Assembly (NCBI GenBank): GCA_963787835.1
Contig: CAWBEI010000002.1
Location: 672,001-736,000 of the forward strand
Length of the DNA: 64,000 bases
Direction of reading: 5' to 3'
From: Ignavibacteriota bacterium
GTDB taxonomy: Bacteria > Bacteroidota > Ignavibacteria > Palsa-1295
Part shown: positions 8,783-18,361 of the stretch, one piece after another
Numbering within the stretch: position 1 is the stretch's first letter
How the letters are laid out: every line of letters begins with the position of its first letter
The notes under the pieces: generated by a model
The model's input: only the letters and a program-made list of their open reading frames with translations
What the model was told of the DNA's origin: nothing
Databases searched by the model: none
Position numbers and translations under genes: made by a program

Positions 8783-10429
8783 GTGGAAACTGAAAAGCCG
8801 CCTTTTCGCCTTCCACGATCGCTCGAAATTCTGCTGGGAGTAGTCGTCATTCTTGAACTGATCGCTCCGTTCGTCACCACGACGTACGGAGTGGATGGCG
8901 GACTTCACCTTAATTGGATCCATCAGTTTACGGACCTGATTTCGGAGGGAGTCTTGCTTCCGCGATGGGCCCCGACCGGTTTTTATGGCTTCGGCGCCGC
9001 AACGTTTTACTTTTACCCGCCGGTAACCTTTTATATTGCCTCCCTTTTTCGGATGGCAACAGGGATAACGGATCCTGCTGTTCTTTATCAATTGACCGGC
9101 CTCGCTGCTACGATAGGGAGTTTTGTAACTGCCCGAGTATTGCTTCGCTCGATCGGAACGGCAAACTATCAAAGGAATCTTGGGGCATTGCTCTATGCAT
9201 TCGCTCCATTCCGGATGGCAGAACTTTATTCCCGCTCTTCGCTTTCGACCTGCGTGGCCTATGCCATACTCCCACTTGTTTGGCTCGGAGTGATCGAAGT
9301 GATACGAACCGATCAGCAAGGAGGCATTCGCCCGATTGTTTTATTAGCATTTTGTAGCGCCCTGCTGGTTCTTACCAATATCCCACTGACCTCTGTTACG
9401 CTCATCTGCATGGCGATCGCTGCATTCCGGTATTGGAAACTATTATCATTTCGAAGCATCCGCGATCTGATCGTTGCTGCGATGATCACGATCGGATTAG
9501 TGGCATTTCATCTCACTTCCGTGATTGCCGCTCGCCCGTTCACGCGATTGGAAGACCTGAAGCCGATCAAATTGGAATTTCTTCTTACCGACCTGTTACA
9601 CGGAGTTTCTATCCCCGCTGGTTATCATGTGCTTCTTTTATATATTGCTGTTGCAATTGTTGGATTTGGGTATTGGAGATCGCAGCGCTCGGGAACATCA
9701 CTGACCGGAACGGAGAATAAGATACTCAAGATCGGACTGCCGATCGTGATAGTAACAATGTTTGTGGAAATACCACGGATCAGTCTTTTCGTTTGGGAAT
9801 TAATTCCACCATTTCCTCTGATTCAATTTGGTTGGCGCTTTTACGCGTATTTTATTTTCCTTGGAGCGCTCCTCATAGGAGCAGCAAATTCCCCGAAGAT
9901 GAAAACAGCGGCAAGGTATATCTCGATGCTTTGGATCGTTGGAGCAATAGGGCCTGCCTTGCTTCTCGTCTTAAATCTTCACGCATTTCAGCATTATGTA
10001 AGGCCGACAGAAGATGCAACGGAATATCGCCCCAAAGTAACCGTCGCCCGGACCATGCTCGCAAGTACTTTGGAACCCCATGCTCAAGATCCGCCGATAA
10101 TCGGAAATCTCGACGCGCGCGATAAAATCGAACTGATCAATACCAGCCCGATCAATCAGAAATTCAATGTGGATATTATGATGCCGCAATCCGTAACATT
10201 CCATCGGTTCGATTGGCCCTATTGGCATTTGTACTGCGATGGGAAAAAGATAAGTACTCTTCCCGACAGCATCGGCCGCGCAACCGTCGAACTGCCGCCC
10301 GGTCACTACATCGCTGAATGGAAATTAGAACGCGCTCCGATAGAGACGGCGGGTCTTTGGATATCCAGCCTTACATTTGTAGGGATTTTGTGCGGAATCG
10401 TCGGCAACCTTCTTTTACATCGAAAATGA
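8783..10429 (+). CDS. Polytopic GT-C-like membrane protein (PTPS-related/YfhO-like), paralogue 1
   Basis: DGGLHLNW...PRW...GFGAATFYFYPP motif, about 12 TM segments, C-terminal F-x-W-P-Y-W periplasmic domain. Confidence 0.75.
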   Translation: METEKPPFRLPRSLEILLGVVVILELIAPFVTTTYGVDGGLHLNWIHQFTDLISEGVLLPRWAPTGFYGFGAATFYFYPPVTFYIASLFRMATGITDPAVLYQLTGLAATIGSFVTARVLLRSIGTANYQRNLGALLYAFAPFRMAELYSRSSLSTCVAYAILPLVWLGVIEVIRTDQQGGIRPIVLLAFCSALLVLTNIPLTSVTLICMAIAAFRYWKLLSFRSIRDLIVAAMITIGLVAFHLTSVIAARPFTRLEDLKPIKLEFLLTDLLHGVSIPAGYHVLLLYIAVAIVGFGYWRSQRSGTSLTGTENKILKIGLPIVIVTMFVEIPRISLFVWELIPPFPLIQFGWRFYAYFIFLGALLIGAANSPKMKTAARYISMLWIVGAIGPALLLVLNLHAFQHYVRPTEDATEYRPKVTVARTMLASTLEPHAQDPPIIGNLDARDKIELINTSPINQKFNVDIMMPQSVTFHRFDWPYWHLYCDGKKISTLPDSIGRATVELPPGHYIAEWKLERAPIETAGLWISSLTFVGILCGIVGNLLLHRK

Positions 10430-12156
10430 AGATCGATGAACCCGTGAATTCTACAATGCTAACACAGACATCTGTGCAGGACGAATTATTTCGGCTGCCT
10501 CGCTGGCTTGAAGTGTTGATCGGGATCGTAGTTGTATTGCAACTGATCGCGCCATTTATTACATCACCCTCTGGACCGGATGGACCGATCCATGTGTATT
10601 GGATAGAAAAATACGATCAATTGCTTCGGGCTGGCGTATTCCCACCTCACTGGCTTCCACTTGCATTTCGGGGATTTGGTTCACCCACCTTTTATTACTA
10701 TCCACCATTTTCGTTCCTTTTAGCGGGAGCAATAAGCTTTGCTACTGGCACCCAAAATCCGATCATATTATTTCAGAGCGTGGTGGGAATCTCAACAGCG
10801 CTCAGCCTATTCGGGATGTGGAAACTTCTGGAGCGACTCGGAGCATCTCGATATTGGATGTGGATAGGTGCATTGCTCTACACGTTCGCACCTTACCGGG
10901 TCGCCGAGATCTACAGCCGATCCTCACTCTCCTCGATAGTTGGATATGGATGGCTGCCCTTTGTTTGTCTTGGTCTTCTTTGGATTGGCAGCCAGCGGAA
11001 AGATGAGCAACTCCGGGGCGTTGCCCTCTCTTCACTCTCGATGGCCCTTGTAGTTCTAAGCAGCCTTCCGCTTGCAATGGTCATTGCCATCGCAGGGCTT
11101 CTCGTAAGCATTCTTGCACGCAAATATATCTCTGCACGCATGATCCTTCTTTCGTTCACTGCGGCACTATTAGCTTTTGCTGCAGATGCATTCTTCTTAT
11201 TTCCGATGGCGGAATTTAATAAGGCCATTCATCTCTCGAATGCCACCGGCGACCCTGAATTTGCCTTGCTGGATCTATTTCGTGGAATCGCAATGCCAGG
11301 AGTGTATCATACTGCTATTATTTATACAGGTATTTTATTGATCGGAATCGCTCATTGGACCGTCGGACGGAAATTAACCGAAAGAAATTTGACGAAAAGT
11401 TTGACGTTGCGGCTTGCCTGGGGAGTTTCGATCCTCATTTTATTGATAGACCTTCCGATCAGTCTCCCGATATGGCGTCACGTTCCTATTTTTACACTTA
11501 TACAAGGTCCATGGCGATTCTATATTTTCGTGGTACTTTTTTTTGCAGTTATTGTCGGACTTTTTCCGAACACTAAACTGCAGCGACCAATCATTGCTAC
11601 AATCTCGATCTGGATGATAGGGGCTCTGATTCCAATGTTGCTCGTGACCACGAATTCCCGTCTATATTTTCATCAAAATACCATAGCTGTCGATCCTGCG
11701 GGATTTCTTCCATCCGGAGCCACGGATTCCGTATTTGCGTCCAATACGCCAGAGCGATTTCTTCCGGTTTTGGAACACTTATCTGCTCAGCCTTGCTTCA
11801 TCGACTCGCCAGAGTTGACGGCGCAAGAATATTGTACCAGAACTTCATTCGGGCCAACGACGGAAACATATAACATGTTATTACTCACGGCACACATCGC
11901 TACATTTCATCGATTTCAATGGCCAGCCTGGCATCTTTTTGTCAATAACAATGAGATCCTTTCAAGACCAGATAGCTTTGGACGTGCCCAGGCGACACTA
12001 CCGGAAGGACATTATACGCTCAAGTGGCAATTGGAGAAGACGCCGCTCGAAATCTCAGGACTTTGGATTTCGGGCATAGCTTGGATTGGACTTATCCTAA
12101 TGTGGGGAATAGGTCTCGGCTTCAGAAGGTTTAAGAAGGAACCACCAGTATCATAG
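10426..12156 (+). CDS. Polytopic GT-C-like membrane protein (PTPS-related/YfhO-like), paralogue 2
   Basis: DGPIHVYW...PHW...GFGSPTFYYYPP; colinear with the previous gene; ATGA overlap at 10426-10429 defines the start. Confidence 0.75.
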   Translation: MKIDEPVNSTMLTQTSVQDELFRLPRWLEVLIGIVVVLQLIAPFITSPSGPDGPIHVYWIEKYDQLLRAGVFPPHWLPLAFRGFGSPTFYYYPPFSFLLAGAISFATGTQNPIILFQSVVGISTALSLFGMWKLLERLGASRYWMWIGALLYTFAPYRVAEIYSRSSLSSIVGYGWLPFVCLGLLWIGSQRKDEQLRGVALSSLSMALVVLSSLPLAMVIAIAGLLVSILARKYISARMILLSFTAALLAFAADAFFLFPMAEFNKAIHLSNATGDPEFALLDLFRGIAMPGVYHTAIIYTGILLIGIAHWTVGRKLTERNLTKSLTLRLAWGVSILILLIDLPISLPIWRHVPIFTLIQGPWRFYIFVVLFFAVIVGLFPNTKLQRPIIATISIWMIGALIPMLLVTTNSRLYFHQNTIAVDPAGFLPSGATDSVFASNTPERFLPVLEHLSAQPCFIDSPELTAQEYCTRTSFGPTTETYNMLLLTAHIATFHRFQWPAWHLFVNNNEILSRPDSFGRAQATLPEGHYTLKWQLEKTPLEISGLWISGIAWIGLILMWGIGLGFRRFKKEPPVS

Positions 12157-12157
12157 C

Positions 12158-13054
12158 GTGATATCTTTTAAAGCCATTCTTCGCCTTCTTCGGATCAAGC
12201 AATGGACGAAAAATATTTTCGTCTTTGCTGCACTTGTGTTTTCGAAACAGCTTTTAAATCCAGCATCCGTTCTTCTTTCGTTGCGTGCATTTTTTACATT
12301 CAGTTTTGCTGCAAGCTTTATTTATGTGTTGAACGATGTTGCGGACCGTGAGCGCGATCGCCTCCATCCCAAGAAACGCTTTCGGCCTATTGCGTCTGGC
12401 GAGATCTCGCTTCGTTCCGCCTTCGTTATTGCCACAATATTGCTCGCGCTGATCGCTCTGTTCATCTATGGTCTCGATTGGCGTTTTGTGATGTGTATCG
12501 TCGCATATCTTGTGATGAATCTCGCCTATAGCTTTTATTTGAAAGATGTCGTTCTCATCGATGTTTTTGTTATTGCGATCGGATTCATGCTTCGCGTTAT
12601 TGGCGGAGCATTAGTTTTGAATGTTGCACGTAGTTCGTGGCTCATTCTCACCACGATGTTCCTCTCGTTGTTCTTAGGAATAGCTAAACGTCGTGGCGAG
12701 CTGATCGCTCTTGGCACTTCCTCCGCTGCTGGAGCGACAGGCTATCATACGCGTAAAGTTCTTGCAGAATATTCGGTCGAGTTTACCGAACAAATGACGA
12801 CCATCTGTGCAGCAGGATTTGTTTTTAGTTACGCTCTTTACACCGTGTCGGATAGAACGGTTAACATGTTCGGAACGGAGAACCTTATTTTCACCACGCC
12901 TTTCGTTCTTTATGGGGTATTCCGCTATCTGTATTTGCTCCACAAAAAATTGCTTGGCGAAAGTCCGACAGATGTGGTGCTCTCCGACATACCGATGCTT
13001 CTCAATTTCGTGGCCTACGCCATCGCCATGATTACCATCATTTATTTTCGATGA
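12158..13054 (+). CDS. UbiA-family polyprenyl-phosphate phosphoribosyltransferase (DPPR synthase-like)
   Basis: RIKQWTKN, YVLNDVADRERDRLHPKKRFRPIASG, KRRGEL, GESPT motifs. Confidence 0.88.
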   Translation: MISFKAILRLLRIKQWTKNIFVFAALVFSKQLLNPASVLLSLRAFFTFSFAASFIYVLNDVADRERDRLHPKKRFRPIASGEISLRSAFVIATILLALIALFIYGLDWRFVMCIVAYLVMNLAYSFYLKDVVLIDVFVIAIGFMLRVIGGALVLNVARSSWLILTTMFLSLFLGIAKRRGELIALGTSSAAGATGYHTRKVLAEYSVEFTEQMTTICAAGFVFSYALYTVSDRTVNMFGTENLIFTTPFVLYGVFRYLYLLHKKLLGESPTDVVLSDIPMLLNFVAYAIAMITIIYFR

Positions 13055-14583
13055 TGGCATCTTCTCCTGCCAGCCTTTTCTACAAAAGAATCGGGCAATA
13101 TCGTGTTGAGTTATTGCTGGTCCTCGCAGGAATACTCGCGATGATAGCTTTCGCAATAGTGCCGCGACTGTTGCTTGGCGATAGCTCATCCACTAATCTC
13201 CATCTTCTCGGGGTTCCGTTGGACGATGTTTATATTCACACGACGTTCGCACGTAATCTTTTACATGGGTTTGGATACTCGTTTCAATCTGCTCAAATAG
13301 TAACGGCGGACACGTCTCCGCTGTGGGTTATCATAATAGCCTTTCTGGGCCTCTTTACCTCAAGACTTGAACTCATAGCGATCTTATGTTCCATGCTCGC
13401 CTATCTCTTGCTTGGCCCTGGAATATACAGGGTAGCAAGGAATCTATTCGGAGTGTCGGAGACTAACGCACGCTTGGCTGGAATCGCAACCGTGTTTTCC
13501 GCGCGCCTTGCATGGAGTGGAATGAGCGGTATGGAAACAGCGCTTGCCAGTCTCCTGATGCTCCTTGTAATAGAAGAGCATATTCGTTCACGGAAAAGAA
13601 ATTGCCTCCGTCCGAGGGAAGGAATCCTGTTGGGATTTGCGCTTATGGTCAGACCGGAGTTTATGTTTGTTGCAATCGTTCTTGTAACAGACTGGCTGAT
13701 CTCTGCATTTCGGGATCGAGCAAATATCTCTGTTGCACCGATTTCGATCCTACTTGCCGCTGTGATTGCTTCTCCAATATTCCTGTTGCCACTTATTACA
13801 CGAAACAATCTTGTTTCTCATTCAAGCATTGTACAAGGCGCGAGCATTTCTATAGTTCCAAATTTTGCCTATCTTTGGTTTGCAGTTAAGATATTAGCAA
13901 GTAACAATATATCTTTGTTCGCTCTTCTTCTATCGGCGTTATGGGTTTTGCGCTATAAGCCTGAATATTATATACCTGTCGTCATTGCGATCGGGTTACC
14001 AGTACTTCAATCTTTTATTGCTCCGCAATTTCGACATCATGGTCGGTACTTCTTTCCAGTATTTCCACTCCTCATTTTATGTGCTATTGGAGCATGGCAG
14101 GAAATAGAAAAGCGAATGCTCCCCAAGAATATGGTTAGGATCGGGATTTTTGTAATGGTTATTCTTGCCGGACTTATCGAGACTGGGCGTTGGTCCATGA
14201 TTGAAGCTGAATCCGTTCGCAATATTAACGATCAGCACCTTACTGCCGTCGCATGGCTCCGTCAAAACATGCGGCCAAGTGATACCTTAGCCGTGGACGA
14301 CGTTGGTGCTATTGGTTATTTTTTGAATAAGCCCGTTATAGATCTCACCGGGTTGATGACCCCTTCTCTTTGGCCTCTCCAACACGATCAGGATTCGGTA
14401 TGGCACTCTGCTCGAAGTATGGGAGCAAATCTATTTGTAATCTATCGTAGGCTTAACCCTCCATTTTACGAACATCATAAGGATTCACTTCTTCTTCTTC
14501 AGGAATTTCGAGTTCGTCTTCCTCTTGCTTCATCCGCAGATACTGTAATGAGCATTTATCGGGTCAAGGAGGTTCGGCCATGA
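13051..14583 (+). CDS. GT-C membrane glycosyltransferase (arabinofuranosyltransferase-like)
   Basis: DDVYIH...ARNL, TSPLW, SGMETAL, RPE, RYFFP, DVGAIGY, DLTGL motifs; multi-TM. Confidence 0.72.
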   Translation: MMASSPASLFYKRIGQYRVELLLVLAGILAMIAFAIVPRLLLGDSSSTNLHLLGVPLDDVYIHTTFARNLLHGFGYSFQSAQIVTADTSPLWVIIIAFLGLFTSRLELIAILCSMLAYLLLGPGIYRVARNLFGVSETNARLAGIATVFSARLAWSGMSGMETALASLLMLLVIEEHIRSRKRNCLRPREGILLGFALMVRPEFMFVAIVLVTDWLISAFRDRANISVAPISILLAAVIASPIFLLPLITRNNLVSHSSIVQGASISIVPNFAYLWFAVKILASNNISLFALLLSALWVLRYKPEYYIPVVIAIGLPVLQSFIAPQFRHHGRYFFPVFPLLILCAIGAWQEIEKRMLPKNMVRIGIFVMVILAGLIETGRWSMIEAESVRNINDQHLTAVAWLRQNMRPSDTLAVDDVGAIGYFLNKPVIDLTGLMTPSLWPLQHDQDSVWHSARSMGANLFVIYRRLNPPFYEHHKDSLLLLQEFRVRLPLASSADTVMSIYRVKEVRP

Positions 14584-16328
14584 CTCGCGAGAAAAATCTT
14601 CGTGCAATAACTGGAACGGCGCTTGCACTTGCGACACTTTTCACCCGCCTGTCTTTTCGCGCGAAGACTTTTTTCGAATTCGACTCGATCAACTTCGCCG
14701 TCGCCACGTTCCGGTTTGATCTGGGGCAAGTAACGCCACAAATGCCCGGGTATATTCTTCATGTTCTTTTAGGCAGACTGCTCTATTGGGTTACTGGCGA
14801 TCTCAATCTTGCATATATCTGGGTTAGCATATTACTTTCGATAGGGGCTGTGCTCTTTCTTTGGCGAGCAGCGGCGGTACTTCGCGGAGAACGTGTGGCG
14901 ATTATTGCGGCATTGTTGTGGATGACCACTCCTCTTTTTTGGTTTCACGGCGCCGTGAATGCCATCTATGCCGAGGAGGCCTTTATTACATGCTTGCTAT
15001 TATACCTCGGGTTTCGAGCAATGAAATCCAATGATGAGGGCATCCGGATCGGCAGTCCGCGGCGGCTCTCTTTCCTCTTCCGATATGCCTCCTGTTCTTT
15101 TTTTGCATATTTTATCGCACTTTCGCTTTCAGGCGCCGCTCGGCCTACGAGCCTTCTCTTTTTTTTACCGGCGACAGTTTTTGTTTTTCGTCAAAGAAAA
15201 CCTTCCCGAAGACTTACAATAGCTACTCTTACGATCTTTCTTATAGTAACTGTAATGTGGATTGCAGAGCTATTGAGAGAAGCAGGCGGATTGACAACCT
15301 ATTGGTCCTATCTTCTGACGGAGGATAATTTTAAGACACAATCGATCCTCTTTGGCAACACATGGCACAGCCAGCTTGACACCATAGAGAAAGTGGCATT
15401 CTATCTGCCTATTGCTTTTGGCGCAAGCACTTTTGCAATGGTTGCACTGCTGATATGCTTCCCTCGTCGAGTTATATCGTTCATCAGACAGCACGTTTGG
15501 AAGTCGGAAGCCAAATTTGTCGCGCTGGTGGTAATTCCCCCTCTTGTTTTTTATGCCTTCATCTTTTTTATGAAGGCCGGATATTTATTAAATGTTGTGC
15601 CTTGTGCAATACTTCTTATTGCTGTGCTTCTCGACCAATCTGCAATATGGATTGCCAAGCGAACGAAGCAAAAACCAAAGAACAAACAGAAACTCACACG
15701 CCCGATCATCACGCGGAATGCAATCGTGCTAACTTCATCGGTTGTTATATTGAATGTATTATGGTTTTTCATTCCCTGGCCTGGCACAGATCAAAAAATC
15801 TACGACAACGAAGATACTCGCAACTCTTTCATTCATGGTGCCATGCACCGCTATGAGCATTCTGAATCTCGAGTGCTAACGCTTGCGAATCGCGCTTTTG
15901 AATATACAAATGTGTCCGGCATCCGAGCTGTCGATAGCTTAAATAGTGTCACCTTAAATGCTTTGCTCTCGAACGGCGGTAACGATTCCGGGCAGGTCAT
16001 TCTTGCATCGTGGTGGTATCGGTGGTGTTATTTGTTACTTCCGTATTCGACAACATACGACCTTGAACTCAACCCCAACCATCCAGACTCCCTATGGGTT
16101 GGGCGCGCGCATGAATTTGAACGAGTGAATCTATATGATTCCGTGGTACGGTTTCATTCCCATAGTCCTGTGATTCTCCTTCTTCGCCATGATCGTCCCG
16201 ATTTCGAGGTCGTCTCACGGCAAGTTCATCTTGAACGGCTTCCTTTGCCCGAATATCTGGATATTTATAAGATCTTGGATTCCACGTTCACCATCCGGTG
16301 GAATAATCGAACATTCGTCTGCGAATAA
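14580..16328 (+). CDS. GT-C-type membrane protein (PMT/DUF2723-like)
   Basis: EFDSINFA...PQMPGY first-loop motif, multi-TM, C-terminal periplasmic domain; ATGA overlap with the previous gene. Confidence 0.65.
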   Translation: MTREKNLRAITGTALALATLFTRLSFRAKTFFEFDSINFAVATFRFDLGQVTPQMPGYILHVLLGRLLYWVTGDLNLAYIWVSILLSIGAVLFLWRAAAVLRGERVAIIAALLWMTTPLFWFHGAVNAIYAEEAFITCLLLYLGFRAMKSNDEGIRIGSPRRLSFLFRYASCSFFAYFIALSLSGAARPTSLLFFLPATVFVFRQRKPSRRLTIATLTIFLIVTVMWIAELLREAGGLTTYWSYLLTEDNFKTQSILFGNTWHSQLDTIEKVAFYLPIAFGASTFAMVALLICFPRRVISFIRQHVWKSEAKFVALVVIPPLVFYAFIFFMKAGYLLNVVPCAILLIAVLLDQSAIWIAKRTKQKPKNKQKLTRPIITRNAIVLTSSVVILNVLWFFIPWPGTDQKIYDNEDTRNSFIHGAMHRYEHSESRVLTLANRAFEYTNVSGIRAVDSLNSVTLNALLSNGGNDSGQVILASWWYRWCYLLLPYSTTYDLELNPNHPDSLWVGRAHEFERVNLYDSVVRFHSHSPVILLLRHDRPDFEVVSRQVHLERLPLPEYLDIYKILDSTFTIRWNNRTFVCE

Positions 16329-16366
16329 AGCTATGCTTTCTTATTGAAGGCCTCATTTTGAGCAGT

Positions 16367-16419
16367 TAATCGTTGAAACAATTATTGTTATGCCGCGTAA
16401 ATAGTCGTTGTAACAAATT
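16367..16419. promoter_or_regulatory. Two imperfect palindromic operator-like boxes upstream of yceI
   Basis: TAATCGTTGAAACAATTA (16367-16384) and TAGTCGTTGTAACAAATT (16402-16419). Confidence 0.45.
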
Positions 16420-16450
16420 TTATGTTTCTTTTTTTAAGGAGAATTGATTT

Positions 16451-17050
16451 ATGAACTCAAATACAGACGTTTTAGAGGCTCCGGTTCAGGAGCTTGCTCT
16501 TGAAGAAAAGTCAACCAATCAGGTTGCACCCACGTGGAATCTCGATCTGTCGCATTCTCATGCCGGATTCAGCGTCCGCCATTTGATGATTTCTAACGTG
16601 CGTGGCGAATTCCGTCAATTTGCCGGAACCCTCCAATATGACTCGGCAAATGTCGAAAATAGCGCGGTATCCGTAACCATACAGGCGGCCTCGATCGAAA
16701 CGCGTGATGCAAACCGCGATGGACACCTGAGGAGCGCGGACTTTTTCGAAACCGAAAAATATCCCGAGATCACGTTCAACTCGACTGCATGGCAGCACAA
16801 GAATGACGATGAATTGCTCATTAAGGGTGATCTTACGATCCATGGTGCGACGCGCGAAGTAGTGCTTACGGCAGAGCCAACGCCAGAGATGAAAGATCCC
16901 TGGGGCGGAACACGCGTTGGATTCACTGCCAAGACGAAGATCAACCGCAAGGATTTCGGTCTCCACTATAATTCCGCACTCGAAGCCGGCGGGGTGGTTG
17001 TCGGAGAAGAAGTCACGATCACGCTTGAAGCGGAATTCGTGAAAGCCTAA
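16451..17050 (+). CDS. yceI: YceI-family polyisoprenoid-binding protein
   Basis: WNLDLSHSHAGFSVRHLMISNVRGEF, RDGHLRSADFF, INRKDFGL; AAGGAG RBS. Confidence 0.92.
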   Translation: MNSNTDVLEAPVQELALEEKSTNQVAPTWNLDLSHSHAGFSVRHLMISNVRGEFRQFAGTLQYDSANVENSAVSVTIQAASIETRDANRDGHLRSADFFETEKYPEITFNSTAWQHKNDDELLIKGDLTIHGATREVVLTAEPTPEMKDPWGGTRVGFTAKTKINRKDFGLHYNSALEAGGVVVGEEVTITLEAEFVKA

Positions 17051-17067
17051 CTACGAATTACAAGATT

Positions 17068-17110
17068 TTGCGGATTATGAGGATCGATATTTGATCTTTG
17101 TAATCCGCAA
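17068..17110. terminator. Hairpin between convergent yceI and murB
   Basis: TTGCGGATTATGAGGATC...GATCTTTGTAATCCGCAA followed by TTTT. Confidence 0.55.
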
Positions 17111-17112
17111 TT

Positions 17113-18294
17113 TTACTTTAAATCAATATATCTTTTTATTTCGTCTTCATTAAATCCGTATCCCCGAAGTTCCTCAGCACTGAATCCTATCAACTCGGGC
17201 TCTGTATAAAGATGAAGTCCCGTCTTTTCCTCAACGATTTCGCGTACTTCTTTCACGACGGAAAGCACTTCGTCCGCAGTTGCCTCACGCGTTACGTTCA
17301 GCACCACAACCGGCTGAGTTGGATTTAGCTGCACATTCCCACGCTGAAATCCTTTTAGCCCACATGATTCCAGGATAAAAGCCGATGGAATTTTAAGAAA
17401 GGATGAAGGATGAGGGTTGAGGGATGAAGGGACGTATTTTAAAAGCCGTTCGATTTGTTCTGGAATATTCCTTTCGAAATGATCGCGGAGATTTTCGAAT
17501 TGTTCCAGCGATATTATAGAATTCTTGAAGAACGATCCCGCATTCCCTTCGACCGACTCTGCGGGAAATGGGAATTTCCTGTCACGTATGGTTTTGATCG
17601 CTTCACGAATTTCTCTGAGCGATGGCTCGGGATTTTCCTCAAACCATTTTTTTACATCTGGGTATGAAAGATTACGTTTGGGAGTCGTACTTAATACCAG
17701 TGTTGTGTAAAGAATGATGTAACGATTTTTCTCGGTGGTATTGAAGATGCTTTTGCGATAACTAAACTTGCATGCTTCATTCGATAATATCTGAAGAGTT
17801 TTCGTTGTTCGGTCGAAGACCTCTACATTCACCAGCACATCTTTGATTTCCTGCCCGTACGCCCCAACATTTTGCACGGCGACAGCTCCTGCCCTTCCTG
17901 GAATTCGCGAGAGGTTCTCTATTCCCCAAAACTCATGTGATACGGCAAATTTTACCACATCATCCCAAACTTCGCCAGAGGCAATTCGCAGTGTAGCGCA
18001 CATCGTAGGCGATGCTTCTTCAGTTTGCGATCCCGGCGCGGAGTCACAAACTAAAGTTTGCGCTACAATTCCACGATTCGCAATATGAATAACCAACCCA
18101 TCGAACCCTCGGTCACTTACAAGCATATTGCTCCCTCCGCCGAGGATGAGCACTGGCAAATTTTGGAATTCTGCAAACTCGAATGCCTCGCTAAGTTGGG
18201 CAGGATCGGTAATTTCGAAAAAATATCGTGCAGGGCCGCCAATCTTGAAGGTGGTGAGCGGTTTTAGGGGGCGGTTTTGTTCGATGGGAAGCAA
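17113..18294 (-). CDS. murB: UDP-N-acetylenolpyruvoylglucosamine reductase
   Basis: TTFKIGGPA, LGGGSN, GIENLSRIPG, QNVGAYG, FSYRKS, GNAGSFFKN; carries two repeat-derived in-frame insertions. Confidence 0.93.
   Translation of the reverse strand: MLPIEQNRPLKPLTTFKIGGPARYFFEITDPAQLSEAFEFAEFQNLPVLILGGGSNMLVSDRGFDGLVIHIANRGIVAQTLVCDSAPGSQTEEASPTMCATLRIASGEVWDDVVKFAVSHEFWGIENLSRIPGRAGAVAVQNVGAYGQEIKDVLVNVEVFDRTTKTLQILSNEACKFSYRKSIFNTTEKNRYIILYTTLVLSTTPKRNLSYPDVKKWFEENPEPSLREIREAIKTIRDRKFPFPAESVEGNAGSFFKNSIISLEQFENLRDHFERNIPEQIERLLKYVPSSLNPHPSSFLKIPSAFILESCGLKGFQRGNVQLNPTQPVVVLNVTREATADEVLSVVKEVREIVEEKTGLHLYTEPELIGFSAEELRGYGFNEDEIKRYIDLK
17400..17432. repeat. Heptamer array within murB
   Basis: AGGATGA AGGATGA GGGTTGA GGGATGA AGGGA, encoding PSSLNPHPSS. 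Confidence 0.7.
17992..18067. repeat. GTAG-type REP doublet inside murB
   Basis: TGTAGCGCA...TTCAGTTTGCGA...TCACAAACTAAAGTTTGCGCTACA. Confidence 0.75.
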
Positions 18295-18361
18295 TTGGGA
18301 GAGATTGGCTGTTATTTCATGAAATCAACGAAATCCGCCAATTCCCGGTTCATGTTGACAA

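Noticed and set aside
8387-9319. 310-aa minus-strand ORF and similar long antisense ORFs (e.g. 56804-57571, 60651-61424)
   Set aside because: Fully antisense to well-supported genes and without recognisable motifs.
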